Of a DNA stretch of 64,000 bases, positions 52,861 to 64,000 are shown piece by piece; within the stretch, counting starts at the first letter, position 1, and the number at the start of each line of letters is the position of its first letter. Under the pieces are notes generated by a model. That model worked only from the letters and a program-made list of their open reading frames with translations. It did not search any database and was not told the origin of the DNA. Both the position numbers and the translations under genes were made by a program. This DNA is from Convolutriloba macropyga (lineage: Eukaryota). The stretch is taken from assembly GCF_964194025.1 (NCBI RefSeq), contig NC_134479.1:30628001-30692000 (forward strand), given 5' to 3'.

Positions 52861-54260
52861 GCTGAAGCAGCAGGAGCTGAAGGGATGATATTGAACGAAC
52901 TCGTTGATTTGGTTCAATTTTTTTTCGTGCCAGCAAAAGTTCAAGAAACTTAGTTCGCTCTTTTGTATGCCGATCCTTTTCAGGAGGTTGTCATCTGTAA
53001 GGCAAATGAGTGCTTTATGTTGGTTTGAAAGAATGTTTGTGTCCCTGAATTTACCCGATTCATTGCACTTTTGATATTCAAAGTTAAGCGTGGAGACTTT
53101 TTCCAGAAACTGTTATTCAGAATATGTTGACACAAGCGTTTTTCAGTCAATTTGTGAGAATTTGATATCACCTAGTAATAAAACATCAGGGGCATTCAAA
53201 TAAATTTTTCTCATTTTCAAAATCGAAAGCAATTGAAATACTTTGCAAGTTTCCCATCAAAGTATTTTACCCTCATGGCCAAAAAATACAGCAAATAGTC
53301 CGTGGATTTTGGCAGAGGAGGCGAAATAATAGGCAAATAGAAAAACTTGAATGTATTTCACAAGATGGATGGGTTTTGGATGTAGCTACGAACTCTACTC
53401 CATGCTTTGATATTCATATATTTCTCATTCTCTATTTTCTGTAGATATCAAAGCCCAATAGGAAAAACACTTTTATTGCTGATCCTAACTATGTTAACTA
53501 TGTTTCCATAAGGCACAGGATGTTGTGTTGATTTGATATTTGCTTGCCATTCAAAAATTTGTTTTCCGTTGGTAGTAAATCAAATTGCGTACGTTGTAAA
53601 GGAGAATTTCTACATACATTGATAGTCAATTTTTCTGTTGTTCAAGTTGAATTGAGTTGTCTCTGGTCCCTTTACCAGTTTTTTGGACAAAGAGTTAGTC
53701 ATCTCAAATTAGTAGGCTCTTGGTATCCAAGCCCTGACTGGACTGATTAATTTCCGCCTTCTTATTGGTGCTTTGTTTTCTAGTAGAGCTTCATCTTTAG
53801 TTAGTTGTCGACTGAGAACGATTGGATGCGTGTGTGTTGAGTTTTATTAGAGATGAGAGGATGACTCTATTTTTATTTTGCTAGACTTTTGGAATTTTCA
53901 GGAGAATTGTATGCTTTCTTTTTTCACGGAAATGATCGAGAAGAGCAATGTCGTTGATTTCAGTTTGTACTTCAAGATATGCTAAAATCTTTTGAGAATC
54001 AGCAAGATCATGTTCTTGAAAAGATCTAGGACTCTTGTCGGTGCTTTCAGTTTCTCCTCTGTTGCTGATTGTGTCTGTATTTGTAACATTCTTAACATAG
54101 GAGCTTTGAATTCCTGTACCGTTTCCCTTAAGTTGCTCTTTTCATTTTCATTTATTTATTTCGCTTTGACTCGCGCCTACTGAGAGAAAAGACGAGATTT
54201 TTTATTTTCTCGGGTTCCTTTTCATTCACACAGTTTGTGGAGAATAACATGGTATCAGCG
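51775..54260 (-). mobile_element. Decayed CR1/L2-type LINE derivative, copy A (partial ORF1, APE, ORF2 C-terminus; RT core absent)
   Basis: Minus-strand KHLGLIFSDNLN, YVVPIFSYA, VQRKAVRWI, CESGFWTRAVQL, terminal CTW...CGC; APE GDI motif; AATAAA near 51782-51787. Confidence 0.85.
52806..52859. repeat. (TA)n microsatellite inside LINE copy A
   Basis: Direct observation. Confidence 0.97.
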
Positions 54261-54264
54261 CTAA

Positions 54265-55222
54265 GAGCCGTATTTCCATAAAAACTTATGTCATTTGTGT
54301 AATCGCCCTTCCAAAATATATTAAAGCTACAAAGTAGTTTTTGGCACCATTCTCTGTAACTAAGACCATTGGTGCCAAAACGTCTGCTAACTGACCATTG
54401 GTGCCACGAACCCATCTTACTGCCTTGCGTTGGACGTTTTTGATTACAATGAAGTCAGATTTTTTTAAAATTCTACATATGGGTTGCATAACTAAAAATT
54501 GGCACTACATAGCTAGTGAATGCATATCTCTTACTCAGTAGAGTAGTGTTTGATAATTTTCGCTTCAAACTTAATTGGACTTTAAGTTCCTTTTACAATC
54601 TATAATTGTGAAAATCTGTCCGGTTTAAATTATCCGAAACAATCAAGCCCAGATGTTGAATGCATTTCTCATATTCAGTTGAGTAGTGCTTGCTAAGTTC
54701 CGCTTTAACCAAAGAGAGCTTCGATTATTATTTGCAATCGTAAATTATTTGCAATCGACTATTATTTTGTAAAATTCTGTCTGGCTAAATTTGACAGATA
54801 CAATCTATCCCAGAACTTTCAGAATAAAAAAACATTGATCGAAAGTAACAGTTGAAGGGGACACTCTCACAAGATCAGTGTGTGCTATCCGATTCTATCT
54901 GGTTGTCTGTTTTTCTATCTGGTTGTATCGGGTCGATATTCACTTAGTATGAAACTTTTCTTCGAGAAATTCTTCAAATTTTGCTGTTTGTCAGAGAACT
55001 TACCCTTTCCGAATAATTCAATTTCAAATTTGGTGGTTAGGTTTTTCTTTTATTTTTTTTAGTAAAGCTTGTGCAGATATGCTGTTTTCAACCTGCAGTG
55101 TTTTTGATTCTTGGGTTTTGTAAAATGACACCGATGATACCCATGGTGCAAGCTCTTTGCGATGTTCGATTTTCCTGGGAACAAATTCTTGTACAACATC
55201 ATACAACCATTCATGCCATTGT

Positions 55223-55316
<94 letters not shown>

Positions 55317-57050
55317 CTAAAGCAGTAGAAGTTGAAGGGATCATATTGAACGCTCGTTAATTTCCTTCAAGTTTTTATTTGGGCAAACAAAAGGTAGCGA
55401 AGTTTAGTTCGCTCTCATTTTGGTAACCGACATTTGTTTTTGTTAGCGTTGCTTTAAAATGTAAATTAAGACGGTAAGGGAGATAGTCAAATGAATGAAA
55501 AGTTTTCAGGAAGTTGTCAGCTGTAAGGCAAATGAGTTTTAGAGGTTGGTCTCAAAGAATTTTTTCAGGGTTTACCCAGTTCAGTGCGTGATTTTCGCTC
55601 AAGATTGGGCGTCGAAAATTCTTCCAAAAACATATTCATCAGAATATGTTGACGTAAACGTTTTCCAGTCGGTTTGTGTGAAGTTGATATCACCTAGTAT
55701 TAAAACATCAGGGCACTAAATTTTAATTTCTTCAAGATCAAGAGCACCTGGATTATTTGGCAAGTGTCCCATCAAACTAAATTACCCTCAGGGTCACAAA
55801 AACTGCAGCAAATAGTCAGTGTAGTTTTGCAGAGGAGGTGAACTATTAGGCAAGCAGTTAAAAATGAAAGTATTTCACAAAATGGATTGGTTTTGGATCT
55901 AACTACTCCTCCATTTTTTGAGATCCAATTGACTCTCATTCCCTCATTTCTCAGGATATCAAAGCCCGGTAAGAAAAGCCTTTTTCGCTGATGTTTTTTT
56001 GACCACGTTTCTATGAAGTACCAGATTTTGTATTGATTAGATATTTGCATGGTATACCAAAAATTGTTCTGCGTTGGTAGTAAATTTAACTGCGTACATT
56101 GTTAACCAAAACTTTAATATACATTGAAAGTAAAGTTTTCCTGTTGTTTGGCTTCAATTGAGTTACCCTTTGGTCAGTTTACAGTTTTTATGGACAACAA
56201 GTCAGTCTTCTTGAATTCGTATAATCTTGGTATCTAAACCGTGACTCATTAATTCCAGCCTTCCTACCTGTGCTTCTTTCTAGATTCAGCTTCCCCTTTA
56301 AATAGTTATCGACTGAGGAATATTGGATGCGTGAATGTCGAGTTTCATTGCAGATGAGAGGGTGAGTCTCATTTGCCAGACGTTGGGAAGTTTCAAAAGA
56401 ATTGAACGTTTTCTATTATGGCAAAATTGGCCAAGAAAAACAATGTTGTTGATTTCAGTTTTTTTCGAGATTAGCTAATATCATTTGAGTCTCAGCAAGA
56501 TCTTGTTCTTGAAGAGATCTAGGACTCTTGTAGGCGCATTCAATTTCTTCTCGGTTTTTGATTCCGTCTCTGTTTTCAACAGGATCGGTTAGCTTTGAAT
56601 CTTTTGCAAATGAGTTTTTCAATTTAATTGGCTGGCTTTGGCTGGAAATTGCAGCCTTCGAAAATAGGAGAGCGTTGATTTTCTGTATAGTCTCCTTTAA
56701 GTCGCTCATTTCAGCTTCAATTTTTAAAAACTTCCTTTGCTTCTGGCTTATCAAGCGAGAAAGCCAGTGTATGATTCTCTCGGGTTTGTTCTCCCTTACA
56801 CAGTTGTTACAAACGATCAAGGCAGTTGCTCCAAGATCCAAATTTCAATCAGGGCCTACGTCATTTAGCTCAGTAAAAGAAGTTCTCAGATGCATTGAGC
56901 AGCCACACGCTGATCAGTCAAAAGTAGTCTTATGGTTTTTACTTTTTATTTTGCACGTTTTGAAGCGATCAGTTGCTGACCCTGAATTTCTTGTGTTGTT
57001 TTCCAAAGACAAGAGGGTTCCCAGCCAAAAATGTCAACAACAAAAATGAA
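54265..57050 (-). mobile_element. Decayed CR1/L2-type LINE derivative, copy B (PHD-like ORF1, APE, ORF2 C-terminus; RT core absent)
   Basis: NVQRKAVRWV; APE IETW and GGVV; ORF1 ACGCSMHL...LIVCNNC plus coiled coil (56455-56841); colinear with copy A. Confidence 0.85.
55227..55314. repeat. (TA)n microsatellite inside LINE copy B
   Basis: Direct observation; interrupted by TGTA units. Confidence 0.97.
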
Positions 57051-60000
57051 GAGTGTTCTCAGTTAACGAAAGAAAATGGGAGCTCCTTCACGCTCGCAGT
57101 AGACAACACCATGGAGGATTGATATTGCTTCTAATGTTGCATTGAATTTGCCAATTTGCAGTGGCCTATTGTGGTTGATTTTGTAGCATGGGGAGATCGT
57201 ATTATTGATTAGTTCGCGCCAGAGTGTTAGTTTTCTGTCTTTCAGCTGGTTGGACTGAAGAAAACAAGTAATATTTTCCCACTCAATGACTGAAGGGGTG
57301 CTTAAACTCAAACCAGTCGTGGAGCAAACAATATCCTTAAGGTCAGCACTGTCGGCTAATGGGAGGGCTGTAATGTCAGCTGAAATGGCTGACTTTGAAT
57401 TTCTTACACTTGAGCTGACTAAGTCAGTTGTCTGGCTTTGGCTGGAAGACTTGCAGGTCAGGCGGGCTTTGATCTTGTGTAACGCTTCTTTTAGCTTCAT
57501 TTTTTTGGAATTTGCATCGCCTGGAGTTTTTCGGGAGAAGAGGCCAATTTTCGTGGTTTGATCGAGTTTTTTATCACTTACACGGTCGCTACAAATGATC
57601 ATGGCACTGGCGCCAAGAGACAGGTGTTCATCAAAGCCTTCGTCATTTAGCTCAGTTTAGGCTGTTGTCAGATTCATAGAGCAGCCGCAAGCTGATCAGT
57701 CAAAAATAGCTACTTTATTTTTAATTATTACTCTGTAGGTTTTGCAGCAGTCAGATGCTGCTGACCTTAAGTTTTTTGTGCTGTTTTTTTTTCAAGGACA
57801 AGGTGGATTGAACTCAATAGAGCCAAGAAACAACCCAAAAAATGATGGAAGGAGAGAAGGTTCCGATTCAAAAGACGCAAAGCACAGCCCAAAAGAATAT
57901 GTTGGAAGGGTTTCTGGAGGGATGCGAGTCCTGAGCCAAAGGACTCAACGAACAACCCAAGAGAATGAGGCGCTTGATAGAGCGTTATAACTCACCTAAT
58001 ATTGAAGGCATTTCTTCTTCTTCCTGGCTTCCTTGCGTTGTTCGTGAGACGTTCGTTTGTACCACTTTCATTGAAAAGTCGCTGGATATTGGGGTAATCA
58101 AGTACGATAACACTAAAAGTTCCTAGCTCCTGATCCAGAGACTGATGAAGCTGGCAATACTTTTCAACACTTGCTTTCAGAGAGTGCAAAAGCGTAGAAA
58201 AGCTCAGGATGTGAGCCGGGGCTCCAGCGACAAATGTCCAGAGTATTCTCAGTTAACGAAAGATAATGGGAGCACCCTCACGCTCACAGTAGAAAACACA
58301 ATAGATATTTGGTATTCCTTCTAATGTTTCAAAGAATTTACCAATTTTAAGTTATTTTTTGTAGTAATATGGGGAAGTTGTTTTTTGAGCAGTTTGAGCC
58401 TCAGTAATAATTTTTTGTCTTTCAGGTTCTTGGATTGAAGAAGACAAGTGATATTTTTCCACTCAAGGAATGAATTGGGCTTAAACTCAAACCAGGCAAG
58501 GAGTAAACAATTTCAGCAAGGTCAGCAGGCTCGGCTTATGGGAGGGCTGTAATGTCAAAGGAAATGGTGGACTTTCAAATTTTTCCACTTGAGGTCTTCA
58601 TATCAACTATCTACCGTCTGCTGGAAATTGTAGACTTGGAGTTGAGGAGAGCTTTGATTCTTTGTACGGTTCCCTTTTAATTCGCTCATTGCAATTTCCG
58701 TTTTTAAAATATTTATTTCGGCTGGGATTTATGGAGCAATGGGGCCAAGTTTGGTGATTTTCTAGGATTTCTTCTCCCGCATACAAGCGCTAAAAAAGAG
58801 CATGAATTTAGCGCACTAGCCAGTTTTTCATTAAGGCCTGGTGTTTTTTGTTCCACCAGCAGAGCCAAAGAGGAACCCAAAAAATGACGAAAAGGGAAAA
58901 TGTTCCGATTCAAAAGACGCAGTGCACAACACAACGGAATATGTTGGAAGGGATTCTGAAGGGACGCGGGTCCCAAGCCAAAAGACTCAATGAACAACCC
59001 AAGAGAATGAAGCGCCTGATAGAGTCAGAAAACTCACCTAACATTGAAGTCATTTCTTCTTTTTGGCCTCCTTGCTTTGTTCTTGTGACTTTGTTTCGTA
59101 CCATTTTTTTTAAAAAATTGCTGGATGTTGGGTTAATCAAGCACGATAACACTCAAGGTTCGCAGCTCCTGGCTCTGAGAATGATGAAGCTTCCAATACT
59201 CTTCAACAATTGCTTTCCTAGATTGTAAGGGCTGAGAAAAGCTCAGGATGTGAGCCCAGATTTCCATGACAAAGGTCCAGAGTATTCTCAGTCAATGAAA
59301 GATAATGGGAGCTGCCTCTTGCTTGCAGTAGAAAACACAATAGAGGTTTGGTATTCCTTCTAACGTTTCGAAGAATTTATTAATTTCAAGTGATTTTTTG
59401 TTGTAGCATGGGGAGGCCGTTTTATTGATCACTTCGGCCTGAGTAATAACTTTTTGTCTTTCAGGTTCTTGAACTGAAGAAAACTTGTGATATTTTTCCC
59501 GTCAAGGACTGAATTGGGGCTTAAACTCAAACCAAGCGAGGAGCAGGTAATATCATCAAAGACAACGGGCTCGGCTTATAGGAGGGCTGTAATGTCAACC
59601 GAAATGGGTATTGTAGACTTGGAGTTGAGGAGAGCTTTGATTTCTTGTACGGTTCCCTTTTAAATCGCTCGTTTCCGTTTCATTTTTAAAAACCTTTCTT
59701 CGGCTGCGGCTTTTGGAGCAAAGGGGCCAAATTTTGTGATTCTCTCGGATTTCGTCCCCCACATAAAAGTGCTACAGAAGAGCAAGGAATTAGCGCAACA
59801 AAAAATTTTCATCAAAATCTGGTGTTTTTTTCAACCAATAGAGCCAAGGAACAACCCAAAAAATGATGGAAGGAGAGAAAGTTCCGATTCAAAAAAAGGA
59901 AAGCACAACTCAGAGGAATATGTTGGAAGGGTTTCTGGAGGGATGCGGGTCCCGAGCCAAAGGACTCAACGAACAACCCAAGAGAATGAAGCGCTTGATA

Positions 60001-60605
60001 GAGCGTTATAACTCACCTAATTTTGAAGGCATTTCTTCTTCTTATTGGCTTCATTACGTTGTTCGTGTGACCTTATTTTGTACCACTTTCATTGAAAAGT
60101 CGCTGAATATTGGTGTAATAAAGTAAGTTATTAGTCAAAGTTCCTAGCTCCTGGTCTTGAGACTAATGAAGCTTGCAATACTTTTCAACAATTGCTTTCT
60201 GAGATTGTAAAGGCTCAGAAAAGCTCAGCATGTGAGCCCGGACTTCAACGAAGAAGGTCCAGAGTATTCTCAGTTAACGAAAGATAATGGGAGCTCCCTC
60301 AAGCTTGCAGTAGAAAACACAATAGAGGTTTGGTATTCCTTCTAAGGTTTCAAAGAATTTACCAATTTCCAGTGACTTTTTGTGGTAGCCTGGGGAAGTT
60401 CGGGCCAGAGTAATAATTTATGTCTTTCAAGTTCTTGGACTGAAAAAAACATGTGATATTTTTCCATTCAAGGTCTGAATTGGGGCTTAAACTCAAACCA
60501 GGCGGGGAATAACCAATATCATCAAGGCTAGCATTTTTGTCCGTTGGGAGGGGTTCAAAGGAGTAATATAGGGAACTTGGGCTATTTCTTGTAGACATGG
60601 AGTTG
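57050..60605 (-). repeat. Tandem array of ~1.0-1.2 kb units derived partly from LINE ORF1 (3 full units plus 1 partial)
   Basis: Junction AGAGT(A/G)TTCTCAGTYAAYGAAAGA(T/A)AATGGGAGC recurs at 57050, 58240, 59279 and 60261; units colinear. Confidence 0.92.
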
Positions 60606-61203
60606 GAAAAAAATGAAAAAATTGAACAAAGGAAAATAAAGTGGATAATTGACTAACCTACAGGGACAACTGACTATCATGAGACAAAGGTGGGGGCCAC
60701 CACCGCTGCCCGAGATTCATTTTTCTAACGGAAGCAATTTAATAAAGAAACTACATCAAAAACTCATTTATTTTATTATCTAAATGCTCATGCAAATTAC
60801 TTTACCGATGTGGGGACCTGACAAAAAGTGTGGGGTAGATTCAAAAAATGGTTTAACTGACAACTTAAGCAGAAAAGCGAAAAATCAAGCTGATGTTGTT
60901 AAACAACAGTCTCTTAAAATTTCAAAATTCAAAATTATCGACATGTTTCAAAAGTTGAAAATCGAAGATTTATGTTCCAAGAAATTGATTTAAACAGGTT
61001 GACCAATTCCAGGAACTCAAAAATTTAAATTTTATTAAAAATTGCTATAATATGTTTTCATTTTGGTTGAAAACACTCATAGAGTTGACGACCTGACAAT
61101 GATAATTATAGGAAAATGTTTTTTTTAAAATTAGGATTAGACTAATTGGCTTTTAAACTTATTTTAATCCAATAGTAGCAGTACTAGTAGTTATTTGTTG
61201 AAG

Positions 61204-61279
61204 ATTCTGGTTGTCACTTGCAGCCTCGATAATACTCCATGTGAATTTGACATCAACTTTGAAGGAGTCTTAGAAACAT
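61204..61279 (+). CDS. Candidate internal exon of an unidentified gene (ILVVTCSLDNTPCEFDINFEGVLET)
   Basis: Open frame bounded by aag (or ttgcag at 61223) and a perfect GTAAGT donor at 61280. Confidence 0.35.
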
Positions 61280-61419
61280 GTAAGTAAATCTTTGATTTTG
61301 TACGTTTGCAGAGTTCTTTGCTAGCTTTTTAATTTATAGTTATGATGTTTAATTATGACTGAAATGCATGTAACAAACTTAAAAAATTTAACAAACTTAA
61401 AAAACGTTTGGAGTGTAAA

Positions 61420-61575
61420 GGGGAAAATTTCTGGAGCTAAACCCTCAATGGAAACAACTTAGCCTCAGCTAAGAACCAACGGGACCTTGGTGTTCTGATC
61501 AACAATAATCTGCCGTAGAGTTTGACATGTAAGACTCGAATCAATAAAGTTTGTCGAGCGTTCTTATTTTGAGCG
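61420..61575 (+). mobile_element. Short LINE ORF2 fragment
   Basis: TLNGNNLASAKNQRDLGVLINNNLP*...KTRINK, the post-RT DLGV motif of CR1/L2 elements. Confidence 0.6.
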
Positions 61576-62229
61576 TCTCGTATAAAAAAAAGTAGTAACA
61601 ACTTTGCGGTTAAAGGTCAAAGACTTCGTTTAAAATTTAATTTAGTACCTCACTTATGATTGACACAAGGTTGATAGGTTTCTGAAACAAAATAGACAAT
61701 TTATTAAACAAAACTCGGTCTTTGAGCGAAATCAGTGAAACTGTTATATCATCTTTGACTTAGTTAATTTAACACTGAAAGAAACTGAAAACACCACCCA
61801 AATATTTTGAGCGTTGGTCTGATTTCACAAAGAAGTCACATTTTTATATTGAAAAACGATGTTTAACTCCAATTCAACATCACAACCAGGAAGAGGAATT
61901 GTGAAATGCTGCCGGAACTCGGCAAAAAAGAGTGTTATCGTCAAAATTTCAAGTGACTACCACCTAAAAACTCGAATATCTTAAATCTCTCTCGCATATT
62001 TATTTAGATTTTAAAAAAAATAGCGCTCACTATCATCTGTTTCTGAAATTTAAATATTCTGAATGAAAAATTAGCTTTGAATCCATTAGATTCATTGTAT
62101 ATCTTCAAGCAGAAAAACAGCGTCTATATTATTTAACAGCTGCTGAGTTTGAGTGTCGAAAGTAGCTCGGGTTTGGAACAGAATTATTTAACTATTTTGA
62201 ATTGACACAGCTGTAAAGTGAAACACGAA

Positions 62230-64000
62230 TTGCGTGAACTCTGCAAAACTTTGTTATCGGAACCGCTTACGGGTCTCAATATACGTTACTTCGAACTCTT
62301 CTCACATCTTCAAAACTGGCACAGAAAGGAAACAATAAACGGCACCGAAACCAAAATTGATGAACGGCCGCATATATTGCGCTAATTTAGAAAAATTGGC
62401 TATTGATTTCTATTGTACGCTTTCAGAGGTCACCAGAAAAAGGTAAAATGAGACCGTAAAATTTTTCAGACAACATTATAATCAGAAACCAATAGTGTTC
62501 CGGGAGAAGCTAGCAAGAAGAGTTCAGAAGCCATGTAAAATCTAACAAATTTTCTCGGTGATTTTCAGACGCTATCCTTGAAGGCGTACCAACAGGAATC
62601 TACTGAGATAAGAAAATGCCTCAATTTGAGGGTATTTTTCGATGTCATAGAAAATAGTCAGTTGCGACGCGACCTGAGAAAAAATCTAGGAATTGTGGAT
62701 ATGACATCAGGCAAAGCTTTAGAAAGAGCACTTCATATAGAAGCAGTCGAGAATTGAGGAGCCAGACAATGAGCCGACAATTGAGGAGCAAGAAAATCAA
62801 CTTAACAGGCGAGATAATCAGTAGTTCTCATAGCGAGGAGCGCTTCCAAAAGAATTTTTTCCGCTAGGGATCGAGGTTCAAGTCAAACCGATGACCGAAA
62901 TAGAAATGACCGCAGCTATAACAGAATCAGTGCTAATATCGGACAAACCAATTATGACAGTAGAGCGTAATCGCAAACTCCAGAAGGCAGAAACAAAAGT
63001 CGAGACCAATCGCACAAGAATTATTCCGAGCAGCCAAAGGTTAAGAGACTTTTGAGAAGGAAAAATGTCGCAATTGCGGTCAACAAAACCATGCATCCAG
63101 AGAATGCAGGATTTTTTTCGACTGTGGGAGTCCAATTAATTTCAAACGACATTGCACGCATTTAAACGAGAACTAGCTGAGAAAATGAGGGTTTTATTTT
63201 CAGCGGGCTACATGAAAAAAATGGGTGGGTAAAACATATCAGTGAAGGGATTGTTTGCAAAAGTAATGATTAAAGACAAAATTGATAATGGCCTCCATTG
63301 ACAGTGGAACTGTCTCAATGTTACTAACGACACGAACTCTTTAAGCAACTGGGAGAACCCATCCAAATCATAATATGCTTCGAAAAAAAATAGAAGCCAA
63401 CAACGGGACAGTGTCTAACAGCTAAACGTGTCTAAATATACCAAAAACCAAAAAAATTACATCAGAAAGAACAGTTCAGGTCTAAGTGACCACGATTGAT
63501 ATAACGCATTGTTTTTTGAGCGTAGATTTATTGTATTAATTTGTTTGTATCTTGAACTCGAAGAAAAAACGAAATATTGCGCGGCAAAATTGGGTAAACT
63601 ACAATTATTCAGATCACAGTGATATATTGAAACTTTTTTTTAATTGCAGAAGAGGATCGTGAACTACTTCGGTTCTGCAAAGTTTTCATTAATTGCAATT
63701 TTTTCGATGAAGAAGTCAACAAAATAAAACAAAACAAAGTTAAATCTTAACCAAATCCATGATAGAGTTCGATGACAAATCACTTGTTTAGAAGCAAGTT
63801 CGCTAAATGGCATGATATATGATGTTGCATGGTTTCGTGTATTGATCCGTACAATGGAACAAAAAAGTTCACAAAAATACGAGAATCGCATGTGCCGAAA
63901 TCATTTACAATGTTTAGAAGAAACAGACGAACAACGCTGAACTAAATACAAAGGCAAGAGATGAATTTGTTTTTAAAAAACAAGTGAAGTGAAGTTCAAT
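62230..64000 (+). mobile_element. Heavily decayed Ty3/Gypsy-like gag-protease region, running off window
   Basis: Broken frames FRQHYNQKPIVFREKLARRVQKP, FLGDFQTLSLKAY, KALERALHIEAV; knuckle CRNCGQQNHASREC; DSG-like remnant near 63300. Confidence 0.7.

Noticed and set aside
55024-55360. ORFs with IY repeats
   Set aside because: Translation of the (TA)n microsatellite.

Overview
AT-rich, intron-containing, repeat-dense eukaryotic (animal) DNA; an invertebrate such as an acoel is my unverified guess. One host gene can be reconstructed with confidence: a divergent V-type ATPase subunit G (4 coding exons, 38923-42173, +, 129 aa, possibly with a 6-aa upstream extension). A second + strand gene is weakly suggested by an ATG|GT exon at ~46.55 kb and an exon at 61204-61279. 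The largest element is a full-length but decayed BEL/Pao LTR retrotransposon (6585-15161; 219-bp LTRs, GTTCT target-site duplication). Its leader carries a 16-copy ~75-bp C-rich minisatellite, and its 3' region holds a possible small membrane ORF. At 51.8-60.6 kb (minus strand) lie two CR1/L2-type LINE derivatives that share an RT-core deletion and an internal (TA)n. Upstream of them is a ~1-kb-unit tandem array of ORF1-derived chimeric ORFs. Also present: tRNA-derived SINEs, several MITEs, a decayed Gypsy gag-pro at the right edge, a candidate H/ACA-like RNA, and long tracts of decayed intronless ORF-like DNA of unknown origin. All alignments and structures were done by eye.
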